Shown here piece by piece: positions 37,834-50,278 of a stretch of DNA of 64,000 bases. Source of the DNA: Patescibacteria group bacterium (GTDB lineage Bacteria; Omnitrophota; Gorgyraeia; Gygaellales; Profunditerraquicolaceae). The stretch is taken from the NCBI GenBank assembly GCA_035506195.1, contig DATJPV010000030.1, positions 22,662 to 86,661 on the forward strand, written 5' to 3'. The first letter of the stretch is position 1. Each line of letters starts with the position of its first letter. A model generated the notes under the pieces. It saw only the letters and a list, made by a program, of their open reading frames with translations, ran no database searches and was not told the origin of the DNA. Made by a program: the position numbers and the translations under genes.

Positions 37834-38442
37834 TTAACCGGTCACTCCGCAAAAACTGCTCCGGTGGATCAATGACGGACCGAATTTCTTTAATGCCCTG
37901 CGGTGCTTTACCGTGCCGTAACCTTTATGCTCCAGGAACCCGTATTCGGGAAACACCCGGTCATAGATGCGCATAATACGGTCGCGGATCACTTTGGCCA
38001 GGATGGAGGCGCAGGCAATGCTTTTAGACTTGGAGTCTCCGGCTATAATATTGATAACCGGCAGCTGCGAACGAAAACGGACGTTGCCATCCACCAAAAG
38101 GCAGGTATTTGTCGCATCGGCACTTTTAAGTTTACGCAAAAGCAGGTAGACCGCCTGTTCCATTGCCAGGCATGTCGCCTGCAAAATGTTCACCCGGTCG
38201 ATGATCTGCTCGTTGATAATGCCTATGCCAAAAAACGACTTCTCGATGATCTCGAAAAACGCCCGCTCTCTTTGTAAGGGGGTTAATTTCTTGGAATCGT
38301 CGATGCGCTGCGCGAAAGAAGTGCTCTTAAGCAAAACCGCCCCGGCTACCACGGGGCCGGCCAGGCACCCCCGGCCGACTTCATCGACCCCGATAATCTT
38401 GGTGTACCCGATCTTCCTGAACTTGCGTTCGTAATAGAGCAC
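37834..38442 (-). CDS. rnhB: Ribonuclease HII
   Basis: GVDEVGRGCLAGPV, DSKKL, LVDG, SILAKVIRD, HKGYGT. Confidence 0.96.
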   Translation of the reverse strand: MLYYERKFRKIGYTKIIGVDEVGRGCLAGPVVAGAVLLKSTSFAQRIDDSKKLTPLQRERAFFEIIEKSFFGIGIINEQIIDRVNILQATCLAMEQAVYLLLRKLKSADATNTCLLVDGNVRFRSQLPVINIIAGDSKSKSIACASILAKVIRDRIMRIYDRVFPEYGFLEHKGYGTVKHRRALKKFGPSLIHRSSFCGVTG

Positions 38443-38462
38443 GCGCGTGAAAAAATGGCAGT

Positions 38463-38831
38463 CTAGGCGGGTTTATCCGCGGTTTCTTCCTGACTCTCGA
38501 TCTTGGTGGCGCGCTTACCGATCTTGCTTCTGAGATAATACAACTTCGCCCTCTTGACCTTGCCGGAACGGACCAGCTCGATACGCTCGATACTGGGCGA
38601 CTGCAGAGGGAACACGCGTTCGATGCCTTCGCCGTAAGAGACCTTTCTGACGGTAAAGTTCTCGCTTACGCCGCTGCCCTTCTTGGCGATCACTACCCCC
38701 TCAAACGGATGCAGCCTGATCTTATCCTGCCCTTCGGGGATCTTGACCAGGACCCTGACCGTATCTCCGACGTTGAATTTGGGAAGGTCTTTCTTGGGTT
38801 GCGCGCTTGCGATAAGTTTCATTTTGTCCAT
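38463..38831 (-). CDS. rplS: 50S ribosomal protein L19
   Basis: [39 protein letters not shown]. Confidence 0.97.
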   Translation of the reverse strand: MDKMKLIASAQPKKDLPKFNVGDTVRVLVKIPEGQDKIRLHPFEGVVIAKKGSGVSENFTVRKVSYGEGIERVFPLQSPSIERIELVRSGKVKRAKLYYLRSKIGKRATKIESQEETADKPA

Positions 38832-38863
38832 GACGAAATGCTCCTTTCAAGATTAATAGTAGT

Positions 38864-39535
38864 TCAGCTGCGGCGTAATAAATCCGGCCTTTTCTTTTTC
38901 GTAATCCGCAGTGCCTGTTGTTTCCTCCAGGCTTCGATCTTGGTATGGTTTCCGCTGACAAGGACCGCAGGTACCTTAAGGCCCTTGAAATCGGCAGGCC
39001 GTGTATAGTGCGGATATTCTAATAGATTACCTTCGAATGACTCAAAATTCAAGGAATTTTTATCGCCCAGCACTCCCGGGATAAGGCGCACGAGGCAGTC
39101 GACCAGCACCATTGCCGGCAGCTCCCCTCCGGTCAAGACATAGTCGCCGATGGAAATCTCTTCATCGACAAGCTCCTCTCTGACCCGCTCATCGATCCCT
39201 TCGTAATGGCCGCAGACAAGGACCAGATGCGCGCAGGCACTAAGCTTCCTGGCCAATGTCTGGTCAAGCCTCCTGCCCTGAGGGCTTAGCAGGATAACCT
39301 TGCCCCTGCCGGTCAGCGCCTTTACCGCCTTGAACAGGGGTTCCGGCCGCATAACCATCCCGGCGCCGCCCCCGAACGGGCGGTCGTCGACCTTGCGGTG
39401 TTTATCGTCGCTATAATTCCTGAGGTCATGCACGCATATCTTGATCTTGCCCTTTTCCTGCGCGCGCTTGACGATCGATTCGCCTAAAACCGGCTCAAAC
39501 ATCCTGGGGAATATGGTGATGATATCGATACGCAT
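38864..39535 (-). CDS. trmD: tRNA (guanine-N1)-methyltransferase
   Basis: [46 protein letters not shown]. Confidence 0.97.
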   Translation of the reverse strand: MRIDIITIFPRMFEPVLGESIVKRAQEKGKIKICVHDLRNYSDDKHRKVDDRPFGGGAGMVMRPEPLFKAVKALTGRGKVILLSPQGRRLDQTLARKLSACAHLVLVCGHYEGIDERVREELVDEEISIGDYVLTGGELPAMVLVDCLVRLIPGVLGDKNSLNFESFEGNLLEYPHYTRPADFKGLKVPAVLVSGNHTKIEAWRKQQALRITKKKRPDLLRRS

Positions 39536-39549
39536 ACGCCTTCTCCTGA

Positions 39550-40668
<1,119 letters not shown>

Positions 40669-40674
40669 TTACCG

Positions 40675-41667
40675 TTAAAGGATCAACATTGCGTCCCCGT
40701 AACTGTAAAACCTGTACCTGGATTCTACCGCATGGCGGTAGGCCTTGCGCATAAGGTCTGTGCCTGCCAGCGCACAAACCAGCATGAATAAGGTCGTACG
40801 GGGAAGATGGAAATTTGTCAAAAGGCAATCTACTGCCTTACATTCGTAGCCGGGATAGATAAACAGGTCGGTGCTGCCCCCCTGTATCCCCGCATAATAA
40901 CTTTCCAGGGCCCGCAGGCTCGTCGTCCCTACGGCGATAACGCGGCCCTTGCGGCTGCGGACCTGCTGGATTATCTGCGGTACCTGCGGCGGTACGAAAA
41001 AATGCTCCGGCTCCATCCGATGCTGCTTGATATCTTCTGATTTCACCGGTTTAAAGGTAGCATAGCCTATATGCAGCGTCACATAGGCAATACGCACGCC
41101 TAAAAGCGCTATCTCCTTGAGCATATCCTCGGTAAAATGCAGGCCCGCGGTAGGCGCAGCCACTGAGCCGTCTTGCCGGGCATAGACGGTTTGATAATAA
41201 AGGCGGTCGAGCTCTTCCGGCTGCCTTTTTATATACGGCGGAAGGGGCATGCTGCCGTGCGCATAGACCTGCTCCGCGGAATCCGCATGAAAAGTAACTT
41301 CGTTCTTTCCGGTCACGGCAGCATAAACCTTGCCGCCGTTACATGCGATCTTTTCGCCAAGCTTGATCCTGGCCGGCTTGATCAGGGATGCGAACGTCAA
41401 GCCGCTCTTGCGGTGCAAGAGCAGGAATTCGACCTTGCCTCCCGTTTCCCTTCTGCCGGTGACACGCGAAGGGACAACCCTGGTATCATTAAGTACCAGC
41501 GCGTCGTCTTTGCCCAGATACTCGGCGAGGCGTTTAAATACCGAATCCTCTATCAGGCCTTCTTTGCGCCGTACCACCAGAAGCCTGGCATCCTGCCGCT
41601 GCCGCAAGGGGTACTGGGCGATCAACTCCTTGGGCAGGTCGTAATCAAAATCCGAGAGCCTTAACAT
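40675..41667 (-). CDS. queA: S-adenosylmethionine:tRNA ribosyltransferase-isomerase
   Basis: FDYDLPKELIAQ, PLPPYI, AAPTAGLHF, VGTTSLRALE, TNFHLP, RFYSYGDAM. Confidence 0.97.
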   Translation of the reverse strand: MLRLSDFDYDLPKELIAQYPLRQRQDARLLVVRRKEGLIEDSVFKRLAEYLGKDDALVLNDTRVVPSRVTGRRETGGKVEFLLLHRKSGLTFASLIKPARIKLGEKIACNGGKVYAAVTGKNEVTFHADSAEQVYAHGSMPLPPYIKRQPEELDRLYYQTVYARQDGSVAAPTAGLHFTEDMLKEIALLGVRIAYVTLHIGYATFKPVKSEDIKQHRMEPEHFFVPPQVPQIIQQVRSRKGRVIAVGTTSLRALESYYAGIQGGSTDLFIYPGYECKAVDCLLTNFHLPRTTLFMLVCALAGTDLMRKAYRHAVESRYRFYSYGDAMLIL

Positions 41668-42790
41668 CTGTCTTGGGATAATAAAAAAGGAGGATCTGCC
41701 TGTAGGTGCTGCCTTGTTTGGCCATGAAATAGGCCCCCCACTGGCACATCCCTACCCCGTGCCCCCAGCCGAACCCTTCGAATACCGCGTCCTGATCGGC
41801 CAGACGCACGGTAAAATTGGCGCTGCGGATGACATTAGAGCCGACCGCATTGCGAAAATCCTTGGTCGGGATCTGCGTTTCCTTCGTATCGGTTATGATC
41901 TTCAGATTGACCAGCCGGCCCGAAGGATCCCGCTGGAGCATGCGGATATCCTTGATGTGCGCATAGGCAGGATACCCGGCGGCCTGAAGCTTCTCCGCGA
42001 TCTCGGAAAGCGACAATACCGCATGCCACTGATAATGCGGGGCCTCTTTGCAATAAGGGCAGGCAACCCCTCGCAGGGGCGGCAATTCCGTATTCCAGAG
42101 CACGGATGCATCCTCCGTGCGGCCGCCGCAGACCGCATGAAAATACGCCGGCAATACCCTGTCCTGATACATGAGCACCTGCCCCCGGGTCTGGTCCACG
42201 GCCTTGGTGGTACGGTACCGCTCCGAAGTCCTGCCGCCGTATACCTGCGAATACGTGTCGCTGGTCACGTCGTATTCCTTGCGCCTGTTCTCCTGAATTT
42301 GATATACGGCATACGTCCGGCAGACAATCGCCTGGGCCTTGAGCACCTCCATAGGCCAGTAATGCGAAACCTCGTGGTACAGGATCCCTCTGACATAATC
42401 TTCCAAGCCGATGCGGTTAACGACCAGAAGCTTGCCGTTATCTTTACGGCTCAGCTGGATCCCGCCGGCGAATGCGCGGTCATCGACCAGGATCATGGAA
42501 TCGCCGGTCTTGATGAACACGGAGCGCTGGTTAAAAGCCTCTTTGCCCAGGAGAATGGCGGTCTGAGAAACGGTAGCGGTGACTTTCAGGCTCCTTCCGC
42601 GCGACAACACTTTTTGATCCGCGGGATCAACTACCTCGTATGCCCCCGAGATCCGGATGCCCAGGGAACCGACGTCCTGGGCTATGGCAACCCTGACCTC
42701 CGGCTGGGAATCGGGATTGCCTCCGAGCAACAAGGGGCAAAAACCGAAAACTGCCGCCATCGTTAAGAAAAGCAGGTGTTTTTTTTGCAT
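41645..42790 (-). CDS. SpoIID/LytB domain protein (exported lytic transglycosylase-like)
   Basis: LEDYVRGIL..EV, LKAQAIVCRTYA, QVYGG, GWGHGVGMCQWGA, ILLFYYP; signal peptide. Confidence 0.93.
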   Translation of the reverse strand: MQKKHLLFLTMAAVFGFCPLLLGGNPDSQPEVRVAIAQDVGSLGIRISGAYEVVDPADQKVLSRGRSLKVTATVSQTAILLGKEAFNQRSVFIKTGDSMILVDDRAFAGGIQLSRKDNGKLLVVNRIGLEDYVRGILYHEVSHYWPMEVLKAQAIVCRTYAVYQIQENRRKEYDVTSDTYSQVYGGRTSERYRTTKAVDQTRGQVLMYQDRVLPAYFHAVCGGRTEDASVLWNTELPPLRGVACPYCKEAPHYQWHAVLSLSEIAEKLQAAGYPAYAHIKDIRMLQRDPSGRLVNLKIITDTKETQIPTKDFRNAVGSNVIRSANFTVRLADQDAVFEGFGWGHGVGMCQWGAYFMAKQGSTYRQILLFYYPKTDVKALGF

Positions 42791-42800
42791 ACGGATGATG

Positions 42801-43016
42801 TTACCGGCGGGATATCAGCCAAAAGAACAGAGACAGGATGACGCTGACCAGAAACGACGTCATCAAAGGAAAATAGAACGTCGCATTTTTTTTCTGGATG
42901 TAAATGTCTCCGGGCAATTTCCCTAGAAACGGTACCTTGTGAAAAAATAAAAGCAAGAGCCCCGTGCCGAGCAATACGGCACCGCAGGCAATCAGGGTTT
43001 TTGCGATTTGCTGCAT
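42801..43016 (-). CDS. DUF2905 small membrane protein
   Basis: LGKLPGDI.I.K.N.TFYFPL.TS; start at ATG 43016. Confidence 0.9.
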   Translation of the reverse strand: MQQIAKTLIACGAVLLGTGLLLLFFHKVPFLGKLPGDIYIQKKNATFYFPLMTSFLVSVILSLFFWLISRR

Positions 43017-43534
43017 CGCTCTATCTCCGAATACAGACAGCCGCAATACTTCTGGCAATATATCCCCTGCGCCCTGGCTTGTTCGTGCGCCTGCCGGAAG
43101 CCGGGACGGAAATCCTCGCAATAGAACGTAACCCCTTCCAGGGCCGCAACCTCAAGCCCGATCGTTTTTAGCGATTCCTGATCCTGATAGGGGCTCACCA
43201 GCAGGGTAGTCGAAAAATAATCGAAACCCTGTTCCTTGGCGTAGCTGGCGGTCTTACTGAGCCGAAGCCTCCAGCAGGCTTGGCATCTGGCGGGGGCCTG
43301 TTCTTTTAAATTCACCGCTTGAAAAAAATCAGCCGGCGCATACGCCGGATACGAAACCTTGATCCCGGCAGCCTCGCTTAAGGCCTCAACGGCTTTTTTG
43401 CGGCTCGTGTATTCGCCAAAGGGATGAATATTGGGGTTGTAGAAGAACCCGGTGGCCGTAAAGCCTTCCTGCCTCAACCGCTCCAGGGGATATATCAGGC
43501 ACGGCGCACAACAGGTGTGGAGTAATAGCTTCAT
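42992..43534 (-). CDS. queH: Epoxyqueuosine reductase QueH
   Basis: LLHTCCAPC, FYNPNIHP, RCQACW..RL, STTLLVSPYQ, YCQKYCGCLYS. Confidence 0.94.
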   Translation of the reverse strand: MKLLLHTCCAPCLIYPLERLRQEGFTATGFFYNPNIHPFGEYTSRKKAVEALSEAAGIKVSYPAYAPADFFQAVNLKEQAPARCQACWRLRLSKTASYAKEQGFDYFSTTLLVSPYQDQESLKTIGLEVAALEGVTFYCEDFRPGFRQAHEQARAQGIYCQKYCGCLYSEIERCSKSQKP

Positions 43535-43552
43535 GGCAACAGCAAGGGAATG

Positions 43553-44671
43553 CTAAAACAACTCCTCTTGTTTTTCCTTGTTGTACTTGATGCCGAAGTG
43601 GTCGTAGGCAAGCTTGGTCGCCAGCCTACCGCGGGGAGTCCGTCTCAGGTATCCCGCCGTCAGCAAATACGGCTCAACGGTGTCCACGATGGTATCCACC
43701 TCTTCGCTCAGGCTTGCAGCCAAGGATTCTACCCCCGCAGGCCCGCCGTTGTAGGATACAAGCAACAGCTTCATGAATTTGCGGTCCATCTCGTCAAGGC
43801 CGGCCTTATCGATACCAAGGTCGTCGAGCGTCTTGGAAGCGATGGGGAGATTGATCTTTTCCACTTTGGCGACCTGGGCATAATCCCTTACTCTGCGCAA
43901 AAGACGGTTGGCGATCCGGGGAGTGCCGCGGGCCCGGCGGGCGACTTCCTCCGCCGCCTCTTCATCGATCTCGATCCCGAGGATCTTGGCGGAATGCCGG
44001 ATGATCCGGGCAAGGTCTTGCGGGGCGTAAAAATCAAGGTGATAGAACATCCCGAACCTGCCCCTCAGCGGCGCAGACAGCAGGCCCGACCGGGTTGTCG
44101 CCCCCACCAGGGTAAAAGGCTTAAGGTTGAACTTTATGGTTTTTGCATACGGCCCTTTGTCGATGACAAAATCGATCTGAAAATTCTCCATGGCCGGATA
44201 AAGAAACTCTTCCACTACTTTCGAGAGCCGGTGTATCTCGTCGATAAAAAGGATATCCCCTTTCTCAAGGTTGGTAAGGATACCGATGAGGTCCCCTGCC
44301 CTTTCTATCGCCGGGCCGGAAGTCGCGGTGATCTTAGCGGACATCTCATGGGCGATGATGTGGGCAAGCGAGGTTTTGCCCAGGCCGGGAGGCCCGGAAA
44401 AAAGCACGTGCTCCAAGGGCTCTTTTCTTTGCGTGGCGGCGGTCAGGCAGACCTTCAGGTTGTCGATGAGCTCTTTCTGGCCGACGAATTCCGAAAGGCG
44501 GCTCGGGCGCAGAGAGATATTCAAGACGGCATCTTCTTCGCTGTCTTGCTCGTTTTTGAGCATCTGGCTGTGCAAGACGGCCAGGCGCTGCCCTTCCGGG
44601 TCCGGGATATGTTCTGCCAGCACCTCGGGATCACTACCCCTAATTAATTTCTGCCTGGTTTCTTTTTTCAT
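43553..44671 (-). CDS. ruvB: Holliday junction branch migration helicase RuvB
   Basis: SLRP...EFVGQ, GPPGLGKTS, FIDEIHRL, LYPAME, GATTR, RGTPRIANRLLRR. Start uncertain; ATG 44671 chosen. Confidence 0.96.
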   Translation of the reverse strand: MKKETRQKLIRGSDPEVLAEHIPDPEGQRLAVLHSQMLKNEQDSEEDAVLNISLRPSRLSEFVGQKELIDNLKVCLTAATQRKEPLEHVLFSGPPGLGKTSLAHIIAHEMSAKITATSGPAIERAGDLIGILTNLEKGDILFIDEIHRLSKVVEEFLYPAMENFQIDFVIDKGPYAKTIKFNLKPFTLVGATTRSGLLSAPLRGRFGMFYHLDFYAPQDLARIIRHSAKILGIEIDEEAAEEVARRARGTPRIANRLLRRVRDYAQVAKVEKINLPIASKTLDDLGIDKAGLDEMDRKFMKLLLVSYNGGPAGVESLAASLSEEVDTIVDTVEPYLLTAGYLRRTPRGRLATKLAYDHFGIKYNKEKQEELF

Positions 44672-45407
44672 ACGGAATGATATTCTCTTTATTCCTGACG
44701 ATCTCGATCTCTTCAAAAGGCCCTTTTTGCAGGGCGACGACTTCCTTCATCCGGATCAATTCCAGTATCGCCAGAAAAATAACGATGGTTTCAAGCTTGC
44801 TCTTGGCCTGCGCAAAAAGCTCGGAGATACGGATAGTCGACTGCACCAGAAGCAGATGGAGGATGTGGTGAACCTTGTCCTCAACGGTGAACTCATCCTT
44901 GATGACCTCATAAAACAACTCCCTGGGCACGCCTTCTAAGGCCTTAGAAAACGCGCTGATCAGGTCAAAGAGGCTGGCTTCAAAATACACCTCGCCTGCC
45001 TGGCTTGCTCCGGGTGCCTCTTGCTCCGGCAGCTTCGGCCGTTTAAAGACTTCCTTCTGTCCCGTCTCCCGCTGGCGCAGGTTCTCGGCGATCTCTTTGA
45101 ACTTCTCGTACTCAAGCAGGCGCCTGACCAGCTCTGCGCGCGGGTCCTCTTGTTCGGCCTCCTCCTGCGCAGACGGCTCCGCCGGCAATAACATCTTTGA
45201 TTTTATCTGCATGAGGGTAGCGGCCATCACCAGGAACTCTCCGGCGATGTTTAAGTCCAGTAATTTCATCAGCTCAAGGTAGGCCAGATACTGCTCGGTT
45301 ACCTGGCTGATCGGTATGTCGTATATGTTGAGGTGGTCCTTCTTCACCAGATACAAGAGCAGGTCCAGCGGCCCTTCGAATACCTGTAATTTTATCTTGT
45401 AGCTCAT
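44640..45407 (-). CDS. scpA: Segregation/condensation protein A (kleisin)
   Basis: FEGPLDLLLYLV, IYDIPI, EFLVMAATL..IKSKMLLP, DPRAELVRRLLEY, FLAILEL. Confidence 0.95.
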   Translation of the reverse strand: MSYKIKLQVFEGPLDLLLYLVKKDHLNIYDIPISQVTEQYLAYLELMKLLDLNIAGEFLVMAATLMQIKSKMLLPAEPSAQEEAEQEDPRAELVRRLLEYEKFKEIAENLRQRETGQKEVFKRPKLPEQEAPGASQAGEVYFEASLFDLISAFSKALEGVPRELFYEVIKDEFTVEDKVHHILHLLLVQSTIRISELFAQAKSKLETIVIFLAILELIRMKEVVALQKGPFEEIEIVRNKENIIPYEKRNQAEIN

Positions 45408-45408
45408 A

Positions 45409-46385
<977 letters not shown>

Positions 46386-46389
<4 letters not shown>

Positions 46390-48533
46390 AATTTTCTGGC
46401 GATCTTCTCTATCTCGTAGGCCTCGATGGTGTCGCCCTCTTGTATCTGTTCAAAGCCGCCTATGGTTATGCCGCATTCGAATCCCTCGGCAACTTCACGC
46501 ACATCATCCTTGAAGCGTTTAAGCGAAGCGATGCTGCCCTCGAAGACCGGCTCTCCGTTGCGCAAGATGGTAACCTTAGCGTTACGGTTGACCTGCCCCT
46601 TGGAAACGAAACAGCCCGCAACAGCGCCGCTGCGGGAGGTCTTAAAGACTTTCCTGATTTCTACCCTTCCCAGGAAGACCTTCTTGAGCTTCGGCTCCAG
46701 CATCCCTTCCACGGCTGCCTTGATATCATTGGCCAGCTCGTAAATGATGTTATAGGTCCTTACGTCAACGCCTTCTTTGGCGATCAGCTCCTTGGCAAGA
46801 TCATCGGGCTCGACATGGAAGCCCAGGATCAGGGCGTCCGAAGCTACTGCCAGGATGACGTCGGAGCTGTTGATGTTGCCTACGCCTTCATGAATGAAAA
46901 CCATCTTTACTTCGGTCACGTCAAGCTTCATCAAGGTATCCTTGATCGCTCCGAGCGAACCCTGCACGTCAGACTTAAGGATAAGCTTAAGCTCCTTGAG
47001 CTTGCCTTCCTTGATCTGGGCATGCAGGTCATCAAGGCTTATCCGTTTTACCGCCTTGATCTGCTGTTGCCTGGCTTTTTCCTGTCTGGCCAGGGCCAGG
47101 TCTTTTGCGGTCTTGTCATCTTCGATGACGAAGAACTGTTCTCCTGCCTGAGGCACGCCGCTTAAACCCAGCGCCTCCACCGGCCAGGAGGGGGGCGCTT
47201 CCGTAACGGCGTGGCCCCGATGGTCGAACATCGCGCGGATCTTGCCATAGAAACTGCCGACAATGATATTTTGATTGAGCCGTAAGGAGCCGTCGCGGAC
47301 CAAAAGCGTAGCTACCGGGCCCCTGCCCTTGCTGATCTTTGCTTCCAGCACTATCCCCTTGGCAGGCTTGGCAGGATTGGCTTTCAATTCCAGTATTTCA
47401 GCCTCCAGCAAAATCATTTCCAGCAGGTCATCGATGCCCGCCCCGGTCTTGGCGGAGACGCCGACGGTGATGGTCTTGCCTCCCCAATCCTCGGCGGTCA
47501 GGTCAAGCTCGGCGAGCTGCTTTTTGACCCTGTCGATATTAGCCTGCGGCTTATCGATTTTATTGATCGCTACGATAATGCTGACTCCCGCGGCCCGTGC
47601 GTGGTCGATGGCTTCGCTGGTCTGAGGCATGACCCCGTCATCAGCCGCCACCACCAGTACGACGATATCCGTGATACTGGCGCCCCGTGCGCGCATGGCG
47701 GTAAAGGCCTCGTGGCCCGGGGTGTCAAGAAAAGTGATCTCTCCCTTGGGAAGCACGACCCGGTAGGCGCCGATGTGCTGGGTAATGCCCCCGTGTTCCG
47801 ACTCGGCGACCTTGGTCTGCCGGATAGCGTCCAGCAAAGAGGTCTTGCCATGATCGACGTGCCCCATGAACGTGACGATGGGGGAACGCGGTTTCAATTT
47901 TTCCGGGGTATCCGTTTCGGTATGCACGCGCAGTGCCAGCTCTTCTTCTCCCGGGGCTTTCTTGATCCGGCAGGCGAATTTCTCGCACACCGCAGTCACC
48001 AGCGATTCGTCTAACAGCTGATTGATGCCGGCCATAATACCCATCCCCATCAATGTCTTGATAATGACCGACGGTTTCTGCTGAAGCCTTACCGCCAGGT
48101 CCTTCAGGACGATGGGCAATTCTATCTCGACCTCTTTACCGGCAGGCGCGGCCGCAGGCACGGCAGCGGGCGTTAGCGCAGGGACCGGCTCTGGTTTTTT
48201 GATCTCCCTGGGCGCCGGCGCGATAACTTGTTTTGGCGCAAGGACCGGCATTTCTTTCGCAAGGACCGGCGGCTTGGACTCAAGGGGTGCCGCGGTAACG
48301 GCAGCCTTCTGTTCGGCCACGGGATGCGGATGAACTGCCAAGGCCGGGCTTTCCTTCTTGACCGCCGCCTTGTGCTTGAGCGTTACGGGTTTCTTTATCT
48401 TTGCCGCGGCAGCGCTGGCGACGGGTTTAGCTTTTTTGACCCGCGCGGCAGCGGCAGGCTTGGTTGTTTTAACTTTGGCTTTTACTTCGGTTTTCTTCTT
48501 GGTAACGGTTTTCTCTTTTTTTGTTTTTATCAT
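46386..48533 (-). CDS. infB: Translation initiation factor IF-2
   Basis: [44 protein letters not shown]; K/A/P-rich N-terminus. Confidence 0.97.
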
Positions 48534-48536
48534 AGT

Positions 48537-49793
48537 TTATTTGCCGGTTGACTTCTTGAGCTCTGCGATCAACTTTTCTGCCTTTTTCTGGCCTATGCCT
48601 TTGACCTCTACCAGGCCCTCTACGCCTGCTTTGAGGATGTCGTCCGCCGATTTAAAACCGGCCTCCTTAAGGCTCTCCAGGGTTTTTTCTCCGACGCCCG
48701 GCAGCTCTTCAAGGGAGATCTTGACCTTCTTTTCTTTCTTGGCCTTCTTTTCTTTCTTGGCTGCTTTTGCCGGCGCTGCTTCCGCAGCGGGTTGCACTTC
48801 TGCGGCCGGCTGCGGCGCTGCCTGCTCCACCTTCTGGAAGAGCGCAGCGGCAGCGGTGGTCTTGGTGCGTATATCGAGCTCCCATCCGATCAGGCGGGAA
48901 GCAAGCCTTACGTTCTGGCCGTGCTTACCGATGGCCAGGGAAAGCTGGTCATCGTCGACGATAACCTCTGCCTTTACGTTTTCCTTATTCAGCTTGATCT
49001 CCGCGATCTTTGCCGGGGACAACGCGGCCCTTATGTATTCCCGGATATCTTCGTTATAACGGACGATATCGATCTTCTCTCCCTGCACCTCATTGACGAT
49101 GTTCCTGACGCGATTGCCGCGCATACCTACGCAGGCGCCTACGGAATCAACCTTGTCATTCTTCGACCAAACCGCGATCTTGGTCCGTTCCCCGGCCTGG
49201 CGGGCGATGGACTTTATCTCAACGATGCCCTCGTAGATCTCGGGGACTTCCAATTCAAATAATTTTTTCACCAAATTCGGATGCGCGCGCGAAAGGATGA
49301 TCTGCAGGCCCTTGATGTCTTTTTTGACTTCCGCGACATACGCCCGGATACGCTGCCCCTGTTTGAACTCTTCGGCAGGGGACTGTTCGCGTTTCAACAG
49401 GAGCCCCTCAGCCTTGCCGAGAAGGTCGACCACGATATTGCCCCGGTCAAAACGGTACACCGTACCGGAGACGATCTCTCCGACCCTGCCCTGAAAATCG
49501 TTGAATACCACCTCTTTTTCTGCCTCGCGTATCTTCTGGATGATCACCTGGCGCGCGGTAGAAGCGGCAATGCGGCCGAAATCGATCGAGGTGATCTCTT
49601 CGGTATTCCTGAACGCGCGGATCTTGCCGGTCTGGCGGTTCAGCTCCACCCGCAATTCTTCATCCGGTTTGATATCGATGACTTTACGGGCCGCACTCAA
49701 GAGGGCGCTTTCGACCGCCTCGATGAGTACTTCCTTTTTTATGCCTTTTTCTCTTTCTATCTGTTCAAGTATCGCTAGTAATTCCTGACTCAT
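48537..49793 (-). CDS. nusA: Transcription factor NusA
   Basis: FGRIAA.TARQ, LFELEVPEI, GERTKIAV, VGACVGMRG, LSLAIGKHGQNVRLAS; C-terminal HhH (LPGVGEK). Confidence 0.97.
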   Translation of the reverse strand: MSQELLAILEQIEREKGIKKEVLIEAVESALLSAARKVIDIKPDEELRVELNRQTGKIRAFRNTEEITSIDFGRIAASTARQVIIQKIREAEKEVVFNDFQGRVGEIVSGTVYRFDRGNIVVDLLGKAEGLLLKREQSPAEEFKQGQRIRAYVAEVKKDIKGLQIILSRAHPNLVKKLFELEVPEIYEGIVEIKSIARQAGERTKIAVWSKNDKVDSVGACVGMRGNRVRNIVNEVQGEKIDIVRYNEDIREYIRAALSPAKIAEIKLNKENVKAEVIVDDDQLSLAIGKHGQNVRLASRLIGWELDIRTKTTAAAALFQKVEQAAPQPAAEVQPAAEAAPAKAAKKEKKAKKEKKVKISLEELPGVGEKTLESLKEAGFKSADDILKAGVEGLVEVKGIGQKKAEKLIAELKKSTGK

Positions 49794-49810
49794 GGTACAC
49801 TCCGTCCTGT

Positions 49811-50278
49811 TTATTTCATGGTTGTCGTTTGTTTTGCCCGGTTAATCTTTGACAGAGGTATCGCCACGGCTTTGTCTTCTACCTCTACATATACCGAACC
49901 GTTTTCCACGGTGAGTATCTTCCCCTCTGTCTCCCACTTGCCTTCGATCGGCTCGCTGAAAAAGAACCTTGCGGTCCTCTGCAGGCAACGCAAAAAATCC
50001 TTCTCCAGTTTTAAGGGCCGGTCCGTTCCGGGAGAAGAAACCTCCAGGGTGTATCGCTGCTGAATGAGGTCCTTTTCATCCAGCACCATGCCTAGCTCAT
50101 AATTCAGGCGTGCGCATTCATCCATGGTAATGCCGCCTTCGGGATGGTCCACCAGGATACGCAGGTACAGATTACTGCCCTCGTAGCGGTGCGTAAGCTC
50201 GACCAATTCCAGTCCTCGGGCTGCCAGCAGGGCCTCAAGTAATTCAGAAAGCTGCAGGAGAACCTCGTCTCTAAGCAT
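49811..50278 (-). CDS. rimP: Ribosome maturation factor RimP
   Basis: LRILVD..GGIT.DEC, YTLEVSSPG.DRPL; precedes nusA. Confidence 0.95.
   Translation of the reverse strand: MLRDEVLLQLSELLEALLAARGLELVELTHRYEGSNLYLRILVDHPEGGITMDECARLNYELGMVLDEKDLIQQRYTLEVSSPGTDRPLKLEKDFLRCLQRTARFFFSEPIEGKWETEGKILTVENGSVYVEVEDKAVAIPLSKINRAKQTTTMK

Noticed and set aside
48120-48830. Low-complexity K/A/P-rich tracts in the IF2 N-terminus and the NusA linker
   Set aside because: Disordered linkers that are common in these proteins; no DNA-level tandem repeat.
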